DNA of 64,000 nucleotides from Rhynchobatus australiae. Lineage: Eukaryota. Location: assembly GCA_034780895.1 (NCBI GenBank), contig JAUZTB010000042.1:37719992-37783991 (forward strand), in the 5' to 3' direction. Below are positions 48,341-60,271 of the stretch, one piece after another. Each line of letters starts with the position of its first letter. The stretch's first letter is position 1. The notes beneath the pieces are model-generated. The model was not told where the DNA came from and searched no databases. It saw only the letters and a program-made list of their open reading frames with translations. The translations under genes were made by a program, and so were the position numbers.

Positions 48341-49089
48341 CCGTATATGTTTCCAAGGGGTTCTGAACAGTGTGGATGCATTACTCTCACCCTTAACATT
48401 GTTGAATTATGGTTGTCCTGCGTGGTATTCTTTAAATTAAAGCAGTTGATTTTACTGGAATGTTGCATCTTTATTTGCCTCTCTGCACGTTTGTTTTCTG
48501 TTACGATATCTCTTTCTCCTGCTCTTCTTTGATGCTGAAATGCGGCAGCTAGTTGTGAAACGGTTCGCCATTAAGAGTTAGCACCTTCAGGAGGAGTAGA
48601 GGAAATTAGGAATTAAAAGCCAATCAACACAAATGATTCATGTTTGTGAGAACAATTTGCACCTATTCGCTACGGTTGCGAGAAACAAAATAAACACATA
48701 TATTTGTTTTCTTTTAAGAATGACATGTATAGCTTTGGAAATACTCATATATGCACTGTCTAGTCCCATTCATTCTGGCTATGATGACGGGGGAAAAGCG
48801 TGACAAAGTAAAACATTGGCAAAGATGAGTGAAAACTAAAAGGTAAGTAAGTACATGAAAGAACATTTTGTCAAAGGAATAATTGAAGTAAAGCCTGGAC
48901 AATTTTACAATTGGCTTTCCAGCCAAATTCAATTTAGTTGTGCCTTGCAAAATCTGAAAGTTGTTTCATCATTTCAATGCAGTTTTTTAATCATTGGAAA
49001 CAGGCAATTTTGCTGAGCACAAAAAAAATGAAATAAAAGCAAAGCAAAAAAAAAACCCAAAGCATTCAAACCTTAAGAATAAGTGAAAG

Positions 49090-49340
49090 ATAAAATAGGT
49101 TTGATGGAGAAAACTGCTTCCTCTGATGGGTTAGAGAGATTGAAGGCTTAAAATTACAGCTAGGCCTTTGAAAGACAATATCAAGAAACACTTCTCCACA
49201 CCAAAGGGAAATGCAGCTCTCTCCTCCAAAAAGCTATTAATTCAACGTTTCAATCCATACTTCTTGAATGAGCATTTTAGAGGATACAGAACAAAATGGA
49301 ATTGTGATACAGATCTAATTGAAGAACAGAACACTGGAAA
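49090..49340 (+). mobile_element. Very old CR1 3' remnant
   Basis: GCTAGGCC...AAGAAACACTTCTCCACACCAAAGGG...GATACAGATCTAATTGAA. Confidence 0.45.
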
Positions 49341-51934
49341 CAGGGAGGACTCCCCAGGGTTTTGAGGGCTGCAGTAAAAGGGTTTTTTTTAATCAAAATA
49401 ATGCTAGATCCCAGGCTCTAGATTACATTTTTAATGATTATAGATTAAATCATTAATCTTTAACAACCGCAGATGTGCATGATTTAAGTCCACTGAATCG
49501 CAGTTACAATTGAAATAAATGGCAATTACTGTGCCATTTGTGGCAAAGACCCCACAGGCATCGCTAACAGATGTTCAAATGACAGAAGTGCAGTTCTGAA
49601 CTAAAGCCATTTTTCTTGTTTGGCTTCAATATGCCAGGAACATGTATAAGGGTAAATTTAGCTGTGATATCTTAACATATATAAAAGGTGGAGGCTGATT
49701 GTTGCCCTTTAGGAAGTTAGTTTATTTTCTTCAAGCCTGCTGAGTGCACAGGTCTACAAAGGCTCCCCTTGCACAGATCAACCAAAGAACAAATCATTGA
49801 TCAAGATATCCATTAGAAACACCGTGACTCCTGCTGGCTTGAAGGAGAACAATCATACACCTTCAATTCAGCCACCACCAATCTCCCCATCAGAAATGTG
49901 AGTCATTCATTCTCTCAAGAAAGCAACCCCACTGGGAATCCAGCATTTTTGAATTTACCTTGCAGTGACACTCCTTGAAAAGAACTCTTCGCTGAATGTA
50001 GCAAAATAGAAGAAAATAAGATTTCATTTAAACAAAATGTTACAGAAGTATTACAACTTCACAGAAACAGTCCTAAGACGGTACAATTTCTGTAGAGACA
50101 TCAATGTGATGGTTCGGGGTTTTTTTTATATATAGCCATGAAATTTCCTGCTGATGCAGTCTTCCCGTTACTTTGACAATCTTCCAGGAGCCCTTCCTAT
50201 CAAACAAATAATTGTGCTCAAATCGTCACTAATATCACTTTTTAGATATTGATGAACTCTTTGAAAACAAAATGCTCCATATCAAAGAATCCACCACTTC
50301 CTTAGCAGATGGCCAACTTGAACAACTGTTCCTTAATGTAAGCAAGATCTGAACAATGACAGTCAGTGGCTTTTGAGCCACCAGAAGACAGGCAAGCTTT
50401 GTAGAGATTTTATACCGTGGTTTCATCCGCACACTCTTCAGCAGTTTAAGGCAAACCAAGAAGATTATTAAAATGATAAAAATTTTGGATGCCAGTCATA
50501 CATTAAATTATTGGTTCTATGAGTATCAAAATAGCATACGAGACATATGTCTATAACTTACTACAGTAGAGTATCCACTGAGTCTGTACANNNNNNNNNN
50601 NNNNNNNNNNNNNNNNNNNNNNNNNNNNNNNNNNNNNNNNNNNNNNNNNNNNNNNNNNNNNNNNNNNNNNNNNNNNNNNNNNNNNNNNNNAAATAAACAC
50701 ATATATTTGTTTTCTTTTAAGAATATACAAGAATGCAAATATATGTGCTTGCTTTACTTCTCGCAAAATAAATGTTTTATTCAGAAACTTGTAACTGATT
50801 GTTCCTGATTCGTATTTCATACCTATTTTGCAATGTGGTTTTGTGGATTTGCGATGCGTTATGTTAACAAACAATTAGTGTATGAATAATTAATAAGATG
50901 TTCTTGCTGCAGTACAAACATACTACGAAAAAACTCAGCATATTTTCCTGAGACATTACGTTTCTAATTGTTTTGATTATTTTATCCCTACCTCTCGCCT
51001 TCCACAGTGTCTCAGTGGGTAATGGAAATATGTCGTTAAGACACGCACAACAAAATATCCAGCTGAGTTCATGGTCTGTTGAGTTTCCACAGCGGGGTTC
51101 TACATTTAACGTTGGAACTTCTAGGCTAGAGTAATGAAAATCTTTCCCCTCCTGGGTGAATTGCCTGCTGGGAAGTGCTAATAACAATTGAAGATGGAAT
51201 CAGACTGGTTTGTGATATTTTCTATCCACCCTGCCCCCACCAACTCCCACGAGTCAATCGGACTCTCCATCATCCCGACATACATGTTTGCAAAGAGTGG
51301 GTGCAATAGGATTGAAGATGCATTCTGGCTGACGTGGGAAATTCGCCCCCAAGTCAAAACTATCTTCTCTCTTCCTAGGGTCGCGGGTACCTTGCTCCCA
51401 AACCAATTCTAACACTAGTGTGGGATCCACAGATTCTGTCGCAGGTGGATCTGGAGGTATTTAATGGGCAGGTGGTGAGGTCATCTTCCCATTATTTTCA
51501 TTTTCCCTCCATGCGCTGTCAACAAAGGAAAACGCTGTCATTGCCTTCCCCAAGGCAATTGGTCACGCATTGAGCAATCATGAACTGGCGTTCCATAAAT
51601 CGGTGGGGGCTAGAATACAGCAAACAGATGCAGAAGTAGCCTCTAGCCGCTCTTCTCCACCATTAAACAGGATCAGGGCTGATCTTTTACTGGCTCTTTG
51701 TAGGAGCATTCCCGGTCATCCGCCCAGACCCCACGGCCCTGCAAACTTAACAGAATTAGATGAGGGAAGGAATAGGGGACTTAAGTTATGTGCAAAGACT
51801 CGAGAAGCTGGGAGAAGCGAAGGGTGAGTGGAGAATTATTGGGTGCTTAAAATTATGATTTTTTAAAAAATAGAGCAAATAAGAAGAAATTGTTTCTGCT
51901 GGCAGGAAGGTTGGTTAACATAAAATAAACTGCT

Positions 51935-53062
51935 ATTAGAACTTAATGGATCAAGCAACATCTGTGGAGGCAAAGGAATGTTGGTCGACACCCATCTTCG
52001 GAACTGAGTATGGAAGGAAGATAACCTGTGTATAGGTGAAATCAGATGAAGAGGAGTATGGAGTGTTGAAAGAGAGGCTGTGAGGTGATAGATGGAATCA
52101 TAAGAAAAGAGAAAAAAAATTTAGGCAGATGGAATTAGGTGTGATGGGGCAGGGAAAGGGTAGGTGATAGGTGGGATCAGATAAAGGAGGGAAGGTGGTC
52201 AGATAGGGAAAACAACATGAAAGCATGAAAGATGAACTAAGGGAGAAGAAACCCAGGTAGATGGGTACCTGGGTGGTGGTGAGGGAGTTGGTGAGTGGCA
52301 TGTGTGGCACTTCTGATCGTTGCAGGGAATAGTGCCAGGGAACAGCGAGTTTTGGGTGGGNNNNNNNNNNNNNNNNNNNNNNNNNNNNNNNNNNNNNNNN
52401 NNNNNNNNNNNNNNNNNNNNNNNNNNNNNNNNNNNNNNNNNNNNNNNNNNNNNNNNNNNNNNNNNNNNNNNNNNNNNNNNNNNNNNNNNNNNNNNNNNNN
52501 NNNNNNNNNNNNNNNNNNNNNNNNNNNNNNNNNNNNNNNNNNNNNNNNNNNNNNNNNNNNNNNNNNNNNNNNNNNNNNNNNNNNNNGTGAACTACAGCAC
52601 AGAGGAAGCCATTTTTCCTGAAAAAGGAGGACATTTCAGAAGTCCAAGAGTAGAAAACCTCATCTTGAGAATAGATGCAGCCAAGATGGAGAAAATGAGA
52701 GAAGGGGATGACATTCTAACAGGAAACAGGATGGGATCAGGTGAAGTTGAGGTAGCTACAGCAGTCTATGAGTTTATAGTAGATATCAGTAGATAGTTTG
52801 TCTTCTGAGACAGAGATCAAGATATCCAGAAAGGGAAGAGAAGTGTCTAAAATGATCCAGGTGAATTTGAGAGCAGGGTGGAGGTTGGTGGCAAAGGTGA
52901 TTAAAATTAACTAGTTCCACGAGTCCAGAAAGCAGCACCAATGCCATTGTCAATGTAGCAGAGAACGAATTGGGAAGGTGAGCCAGAGTAGGTTTGGGAC
53001 CGTTCCCAGTGGTCAACAAAAAGACAGATGGAACTAGGGCTCATGCAAGTGCCCATGGCTAA
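51935..53062 (-). mobile_element. Penelope-like retroelement relic (RT + 3' region), spans gap 52361-52587
   Basis: Minus strand reads AMGTCMSPS...CYIDNGIGAA (AMG / YIDD RT motifs), SLPFLDILISVS..LSTDIYYK and MSSFFRKNGF. The terminal segment GCAACATCTGTGGAGG is shared with 55880-55977. Confidence 0.85.
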
Positions 53063-53119
53063 TTTCTCTCCATGCCCATTTCTTTCTTCAGGGATTGGGG
53101 CCCTTTATGCTGCCATGGA

Positions 53120-54120
53120 TAATAGAGTTGGAATAAATGGCAATTTTTTTAGATCTGCATCAATAACTAGTGGTGTAGCAGTGATGGAACCTCAACTATT
53201 TGTAATTTGTATGACTGACTTGGATGAAGGGACCAAGTGTCCTCCAGCCAAAGTTTGCTGGCGATAAAAAGATAAGTGAGATAGCAAGCAGTGAAGAGGA
53301 CACAGAGACCCTGTAAACAGATATTGTTGGAATCATTGAAATGAGCAACACGTTAATAGATGGAGTATAATGTGGAAATAATATGAGGTTATCCACTTTG
53401 GAAGAAAGAATGAAAAAGTAACATTATTTAAGTAGAGTGAGACTACAGAATATTGCATTCTAAAGGGAGCTGCATGTAGGCTAGCAATGCAGGTACAGGA
53501 AGTAATTGAGAAGACTAATGCAACATTGGCCTTTATTGCAAGGGGTATGGAGCATAAAAATAGCAAAGTTTTTAATTTCACACGGGGCTGGTGAGGTCAC
53601 ACCTGGAGTATTGTGTACAAATAATGGCTTCAATATTTTAAAAAGGATATACTTGTTTAAGAGGCAGTGGAAAGAAGGTTCACTAAGGTGATTCCTAGGA
53701 TGAAGGAGTTAATGCATGAAAAAAAAAGTTGAGCTTATTGAGACTAAATATTGCAATACAGAAGAAAGGGAGGTGATTTTATGGAAAAATATAAGGTTCT
53801 GAAGGAGATTGGTGGGATAGATGTATCAAGAACAAGGTGACATTGTTTCGGTATAAGTCATCACCCATTTCAGACAGAGATGAGGAGGAATTTCTTCCCT
53901 TAGAGGTTTGAGAAACTTTGGAATTTGTTATCCTATAGGTGGAGTCATTGAATATATTCAAGGCAAGACTGACAGACATTTAAAGTACAAGTGAGTCAAG
54001 GTATCTGGGAAGGATGGAAAATGCTGTCAAATCCAAAATATAATCAGCCATGATCTTACTGAAGGACAGAGCAGACTTGGGAGGCCAAGTGACCTATTCC
54101 TGCTCCTGTTTCTTATGATA
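53120..54120 (+). mobile_element. CR1 LINE 3' ~1 kb, degraded
   Basis: RVGINGNF...SGV...PQLFVICMTDLDEG, KFAGD and LVRSHLEYCVQ remnants; terminus GGCCAAGTGACCTATTCCTGCTCCT. Confidence 0.85.
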
Positions 54121-54874
54121 ACCAGAGGTCATAGATTCAAATAGTTGACAGACCAGAGGGGAAATGAGGAGATTTTGTTTTTCAATAAAAGCTCAGTTAT
54201 TCATCTGGATCTGATGGGTGCCAGTTAATTAAATATATCTGTTAGCTGGATGTCAGCAGACAAACTCAGCATTGCTGAATGTTGACCTGGGTACTCCCTC
54301 ATCTTTGGTATTCCCAGTGAAATGCCAGTTGTTGGAGTGTGCCAGTTGGTGCAGTGCCAGATGATGAAACCTTTACTGTGTAAAGTTATGATCAGAAATT
54401 CCCTGCCTGAAAGGGTAGTGAAAGCAAACATTTGCAAAGTAAAAAAAAGGTGCATGACTACAACAATTGGTTAAGAGGAGTGGGTCTGATTGAATAGCTT
54501 TATAGTAGTGTGAAAATATGAAGGATGAGTAGCTTCTTTCTGTGATTTATATGAACAATTGAGAAATAGAAGCTTACCGTACAGATTTGGAATCAAACTC
54601 TGGCTTGTTGAAACCTGGTCTGCAGAAAATGGTTTTCTTTTACAGTATCATTGGTGCAGAAACAACACCATTTATTTTGGGCATCTGTTTCTTCCACAGC
54701 TGGATAAACTCTAAAACATCAAGTCTATATTGGGGAAGAACTATGTGGACTAGCAATGGCCAAAGCCAAAAAATATCCAAAATCTGTACATTGGCCAAAA
54801 TTAAATTCCAAACTTCCAGGCTTCTTTCCATTATCATTTCAGGGTTGAACATTCAGTTTCTAGTCAGCACTATT

Positions 54875-55260
54875 TTGGCTCAATGGTAGCACTCTCACTT
54901 AGTGGGTTGTTGGTTCAAGTTACACTCCAGAGGCTGAAATGTATAGTCTAGATGAAGACTTCACTGCAGTATTGAGCAAATGCTAAACTGTTGAGTTACG
55001 TTCTTTGGGTGAGTTGTTACAGTGAGTACTTATCAGCCTTTAAGATGATGCAAGAATTGGGGACTCCTCCCACTATTCTGCCAACTATTATTCATCACCA
55101 ATACCCAAAAATTAATGATCTGGTCTAATATTTCTGCTGCTCATGGGACCTGGCTGTGTGTAAATTGGTTGCTACAGTACAATAGATTTCAAAAGTACTT
55201 AATTGGTTGTAAAGCACTTTTGATGTCCAGGCACATAAAAGATGCAATTTTATACAATTT
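54875..55260 (+). mobile_element. Deu-domain tRNA SINE (SacSINE1-like), full length
   Basis: A box TGGCTCAATGG and B box GGTTCAAGT; Deu/3' region GATCTGGTC...GCTGTGTGTAAATTGGTTGCT...TTCAAAAGTACTTAATTGGTTGTAAAGCAC. Confidence 0.8.
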
Positions 55261-55874
55261 ATTTACTTTATTTTCTACATCTGCAGTTTTCACAATACGG
55301 TATATGGGACTGGTCCACCCAGCCAACCTTGGTGATCACTACTCGCTCTTACCTGGAATGGCAATTTCATCCTTGAATCTATCTCTTGCACAGTACAAGG
55401 GGACCCCAAGACCTTCCTGCAGAATCAACTTTACAACCAGCTAAGCCATGCTCCCAGACTCACTGGCTGTCAAACTTGTCAAAAGAATGAATAAATCTGA
55501 TATTTACAAACATACAAAAATAATTAAAAACTGCCATAAATTAATTGTACTATATAAACATTTTTTTAAAAGTTATTAAAATAATACCAATTAAAACACT
55601 AGAAAATAGTTAAAAGAACTAAAAACATTTATGTTAACTCAATTAATTTAGAAAATGTCATTTATCTCAGACTTACTTATCTCCCCCAGAACCATTCCCC
55701 TCCTTGAAAAGAATGGATTTGCTGAATCTGTGCCATCTCTAACCTGATGCAGTTTCAGAAGATGATTTCGCAGTGTAAGTGTTGGGAAAACTTTAAGGAT
55801 CAGCACACTGCTGCTGGGCTTAATGAGCAAGAATAACAGCAAGGAGAATCTCTCAGGAGTTTGGGATTTCAGCA

Positions 55875-56192
55875 TGAAAAACATGATGATGCTGGAGGAG
55901 CTCAGCAGGCCAGGCAGCATCTGTGGAGAAAAGCAGGCGGTCAATGTTTTGGGTCAGGACTCTTCTTCAGGACTGAANNNNNNNNNNNNNNNNNNNNNNG
56001 GGTGTGGGAATGGCTTAAAGTGGGAGAATTCAATGTTCATGCCATTAGGCTGCAAGGTTACAAGATGGAAAATGAGGTGCAGTTCGTCCAGTTTGTGCTT
56101 GGCCAATTTGTGATGCTGCCTGGCCTGCTGAGTTCCTCCAGCAACATAGTGTTTTTAATCTAGATTCCAGCATCTGCAGTCCTTTATTTCTC
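55875..56192 (-). mobile_element. Truncated Penelope-like insertion with inverted terminal segment and 13-bp flanking direct repeat
   Basis: Minus strand reads KHKLDELHLIFHLVTLQPNGMNIEFSHFK (C-terminus of a GIY-YIG-type Penelope ORF). Inverted pair at about 55890-55921 and 56112-56143. TGGGATTTCAGCA occurs at 55862-55874 and 56193-56205. Confidence 0.85.
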
Positions 56193-56259
56193 TGGGATTT
56201 CAGCACTCCTAATTGTCAATCTGGCCTTTCCCCAATCAACCTGTACATCACAGTTCTAC

Positions 56260-56615
56260 ATGAATGGTTTGCTGTTGTTAAAATATAAGAATGTACTCCC
56301 TACAAATGTAGCACTGCAACTCACCAATGCTTCTTCAACAACACTTCTAAAATTTACAACTTGTATCTCCTAGAAGGACATTCAAGCTGGGTAAATGGGA
56401 AGACCACCATATGCAAATTCCCCTTCAAGTCACACACCATCTTAACTTGGAAACCTCTTCATAGTTATTAGATCAATATCCTGGAAGTCCCAACCTAATT
56501 AAAGGAATTAGAGGCTTGGGCAAGAAAATGGACTTAAGGCATAAGATCAGTAATATGGAATGACAGATCAGACTCAAAGAGTCACATTGCCTCTTCCTAC
56601 TTATCTTATGTACTT
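56260..56615 (+). mobile_element. Old CR1-superfamily 3' fragment plus short CR1 tail
   Basis: GCACTGCAACTCACCAA...CCCCTTCAAGTCACACACCATCTTAACTTGGAAA; same family as 4210-4530. Confidence 0.6.
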
Positions 56616-57604
56616 ATTTCATATGTCATCGTTAAAAATAGGTTTTGCACAGATGATTCTATTTGAAAAAGATATACACTCCTTCCACCGCAAATACTTT
56701 TACAAATTCTGATGAAGCTTTCTGCCCAAATTGTTGACTATTCCTTTTCAGATGCTGACTGATTTGTAATGCAACTCCTGCATTTTGCATTGTTAATTAA
56801 TATTTTTAATAAAATATACTCATTATTAATTATAAAGGTTTATTTTTCAATAGTCTGGACATCACAATAGCAGGTTGTTACTACCAAAAGTGATTGTCAA
56901 CTTCAGAATTTTCCTTGTAGTAGGTATTTTAGGAATGAGATGTTGGTTACAATCCCGAGAACACAAAATATTGCACATGATTCATTGAAATCTCACATTC
57001 CCTGATTGTTTCCCCATACTATTCTTCCCCAAAACAGGATGCAAATTCAGAATTGCAGGTTGTGCGCAGCAAGTTGACACCCATGGTGTAGATCTGAAAT
57101 TTGCACTGTGATCGAGTTCAATCTATGCATGTGCATTTTATATTCTGTATAAAGTGTCATTTTCTATGCTAATGAAACTGTAATGATGCTGGAAAGATAG
57201 TGAATTTTTATTCCACTGTAACATCTTTAAAATGTTTAAGGTCAAACAGACAAGGAGTTTGAAATGCAAAGAGTTTTGTAATAAATCGTGAAAAATTAAA
57301 GTGTTGGTGGGAACAGGAAGTTTCTGGGACTGAGGGACTTATAAAAATGTCCATTCAGTCAGTGCAGCTGTTGGTGTCAATCGCCTGTGGAAATGTGGAA
57401 AATATTTTCCATGGTTATTGCCCACACCTGTGGTATGAAAGCTGCTATACAATTTAGTAGTTTTGACTCCGAAGAACAATGCAATGGAAACTATGAAGTC
57501 AAAGTAAAAGTTAAGTACTTAAAACAAATCTCATTAAGATAGACAATCTTAGGGCTGCTCCAACTGCTTGATAGATTTATCCAGAAGAGAGCTGAAACAT
57601 CCTG

Positions 57605-57910
57605 ACATTTAGGTCCCTGGTTTGATGGCATTTTAACTAATTATAGCCAGGATGGGTGAAGGGATGTTAAATTTAGCCTCTGGGGTTCAGGAGGGAAAAG
57701 TTAGTGTAAATTTCTAATCTTAATCTTGTGACTTCCAGAATTGCATGTAGATAGACAGAAGTCATGAATCAGATTGCATTTGGCAATGATGGTGATCAAC
57801 AAAAGTCCTGTCAGTGCCTAAAGTCAGCTGCAAACGAAGAACTTGGGAATGCCCATAGAACCATATCACAACAAGGAATCAGTGGCTTCTGGTAAAGAGG
57901 ACAAAATTAG
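57605..57910 (+). mobile_element. Old tRNA-derived SINE (same family as 6685 and 37105)
   Basis: AGGTCCCTGGTTTGAT...AGCCAGG...GGAGGGAAAAGTTAG. Confidence 0.45.
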
Positions 57911-57969
57911 AGAGCCAGAAAAATATTGAATAAGAAGAAGCCTGAATATTTTATATATTCAAAATATAA

Positions 57970-60025
57970 TGGGGGCTAAGTGCAATAGCGTCCCAATTTA
58001 GGCATGGGGATCACAGTTGCAGTGGAAGATCACCAATGATGTGCTGCCTCAATATATTAATAATTATAGCAACCAGTCAATCCAAATTAGATTGTTGATT
58101 GGATGGATGCATCAACAAGGGAACAGTAATGTGAATGGCTATGGCTGGCTCTAGTTAAAGCTGGACTGGACTTTCGAAAGGGGAGGCACATTGTGGCTGG
58201 AGCCAATATTGGCAGTTCAGGAAGTGACATTAGCCTGGGAAATATCGAAGGCTGGCACAACATGGGACAGAGTTGGAATCTGATTTAATGGACACTGAGT
58301 TTTCACACAAATTGCTGTTTATGGGATGAGCATTAACAACAAATTGCTTGGTGAACTGGAAGCCTGTTGTAAACTAATGTTCATTGTTAAGGAACATGGA
58401 GCAGTCAGGTATGTAGTTGGCACAAGACTCTGCAGAGTTTGTAGCTCCTTCTTTCAGAGTGAAAGTGATGGCCAATTCCATTTAGGGACTGCTGATTCTG
58501 ATGACCAATGTTAGGGCTTCTTTTCAGCATATTCACCACACACTCAACTGAGTGCAACAATGGAAATTGAAAATGCTGTCATGCACAGGTCAATTTGCCA
58601 CCACGCAAGCTCAAACTCATTGTGTAATGGGGCTTGGAGGACATCAGTAGAATTCAGCAATCTGTGCTCCAAAATTGCTGATGAATGCCAATGCATTTCC
58701 TGGGGAAATGGTAGAACATCTATGTAGCAAGGACCAACTGCTTTATCTAAGGATAATAGCAGTTATCCTTTTACCCATGTCATTCTACCTGTAGTCTTAT
58801 TATTATCAGTCAGCTAGTCAGTTCAGATTGCAGGTACCATGCTGAAATGCTGCAATTGTCAGCACTGCTTGAGGTTGTCTTCAAAGGTATTGGAGTCTCA
58901 TTCACTGAAAGTTAGCAGGCCTCCAGTAGTCCAATGCAACCATTGGAATAGGCGTGTGTAGAAACACTTGGACTGGCAATGACACATGGAAGACAAGTAC
59001 TAAGGGAACACATAAAAATGATTAGGATAGTAAACTGATTCATTACATGTGTATTTTACTGCCTGTGGACGCACACTAGCCTGACATTGAGGGAGTGGTA
59101 ACTCTTTCATTTCTTATCTAATACAGAGTTGATATCCAGTGTCCATAAAGTAAGGTCATCAGTACTCTTATTCTTGGAGATGCTTGCAATTGCCAGCTAT
59201 ATTCTCTCTCTTTCTATCTCCATCTCTCTCCCCAACCCCCTCCCTCATCACCCCCTCCCTCCTCTAACCCCCGGTGTCTGAGAAGAGAGAATGAAATGTA
59301 GTTATTTCTTATTAAAGAGAGAACCATGTGTTCTTACCCTGCTGTGAAGCTGAGTTCAGCTGAAGTAGTTGTCACTATGGATGTCCATATTGAACCACAG
59401 ACATATCACACATTGTCTCTTGCTGATTTCATTTAGGAGAATTGCTTCCGGATTACCTTAGCCTTTTTCCACATTACTCTTCCGTCTTTCAGCTTGTCTT
59501 GTTCTGCTTGCTCTCTGCTTATTCTCCCAATCACTGTTTTCCCATGTTTAGAAGCAAATGGATTTTGCAAAAGCCTTGAAGTCAGAAAAAGTCATTCAGC
59601 ACCTGCCACACGAGTCCCTGCAGATTTTTGTAATCTGAACCAACTATAGAAGGTGCCAAAGATTCATTGAATCATAATAACAGTCAGAGAAAATTAAACA
59701 GCAACTAACCCAAATGTAGTACATGATCCCATTAAACAATGCTGATGGGGTCCTCACAGCTGGATGCACTTTTGCCGTTATGATGTTAAGACAAGATCGT
59801 AGATGGAGGACTGAACAGTTATGGTGTCAAATCAGGGTTGCATGGTGATTCACGTCATGATCTACTTGCTTTCAATACTTCCAGGGCACAGGCACTAATG
59901 CTCTCCCTCATCTGCTGGCACATTTTGTCCACCAAACATGTCTGTGTGTCACAAATGCCATTCTGGAGCTCCAAGGATGCTTGTAGAGCCCAAAAAGCAG
60001 GAGCTAACAAACCAGTTCTTCGTTG
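57970..60025 (-). mobile_element. Decayed PIF/Harbinger-type DNA transposon (transposase pseudogene fragments)
   Basis: Minus 59112-59041 reads K*KSYHSLNVRLVCVHRQ*NTHVM, versus the Harbinger/HARBI1 motif NRKGxHSxNVQLVCD. Minus ~58545-58515 reads VECVVNMLKR, versus VExxFGxLKxR, in the expected order. Outer boundaries are uncertain. Confidence 0.65.
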
Positions 60026-60271
60026 ATTGAACAAGTTTAATTATTTTGTATTCGAAAGATGACATAGATAAAACAATTAATTCCTTTAACCAGAAGACTT
60101 TTGGCTGTCATCTTGAGGGTCCTGCATAGCCAAAGTAAACTTTTCATTCTGGGCCCCATCTAAAGTTGGGCTTGTATTTATGTCAGATTCTGTGATGCTG
60201 TCATTCTTGAGTGAGCTTCTGGTAAATTCAATACCAAAATTGTTCTGTGAAAGCTGGACATTCATTGAGAT

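Larger units (their letters stand above)
47380..48345. promoter_or_regulatory. CpG island / LRIG3 promoter and 5'UTR
   Basis: Sharp rise in GC and CpG around exon 1 against an AT-rich, CpG-poor background. CCAAT boxes on the minus strand (48197-48201, 48307-48311), E-box CACGTG (48216-48221), TGACG half-site (48226-48230). Confidence 0.85.
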
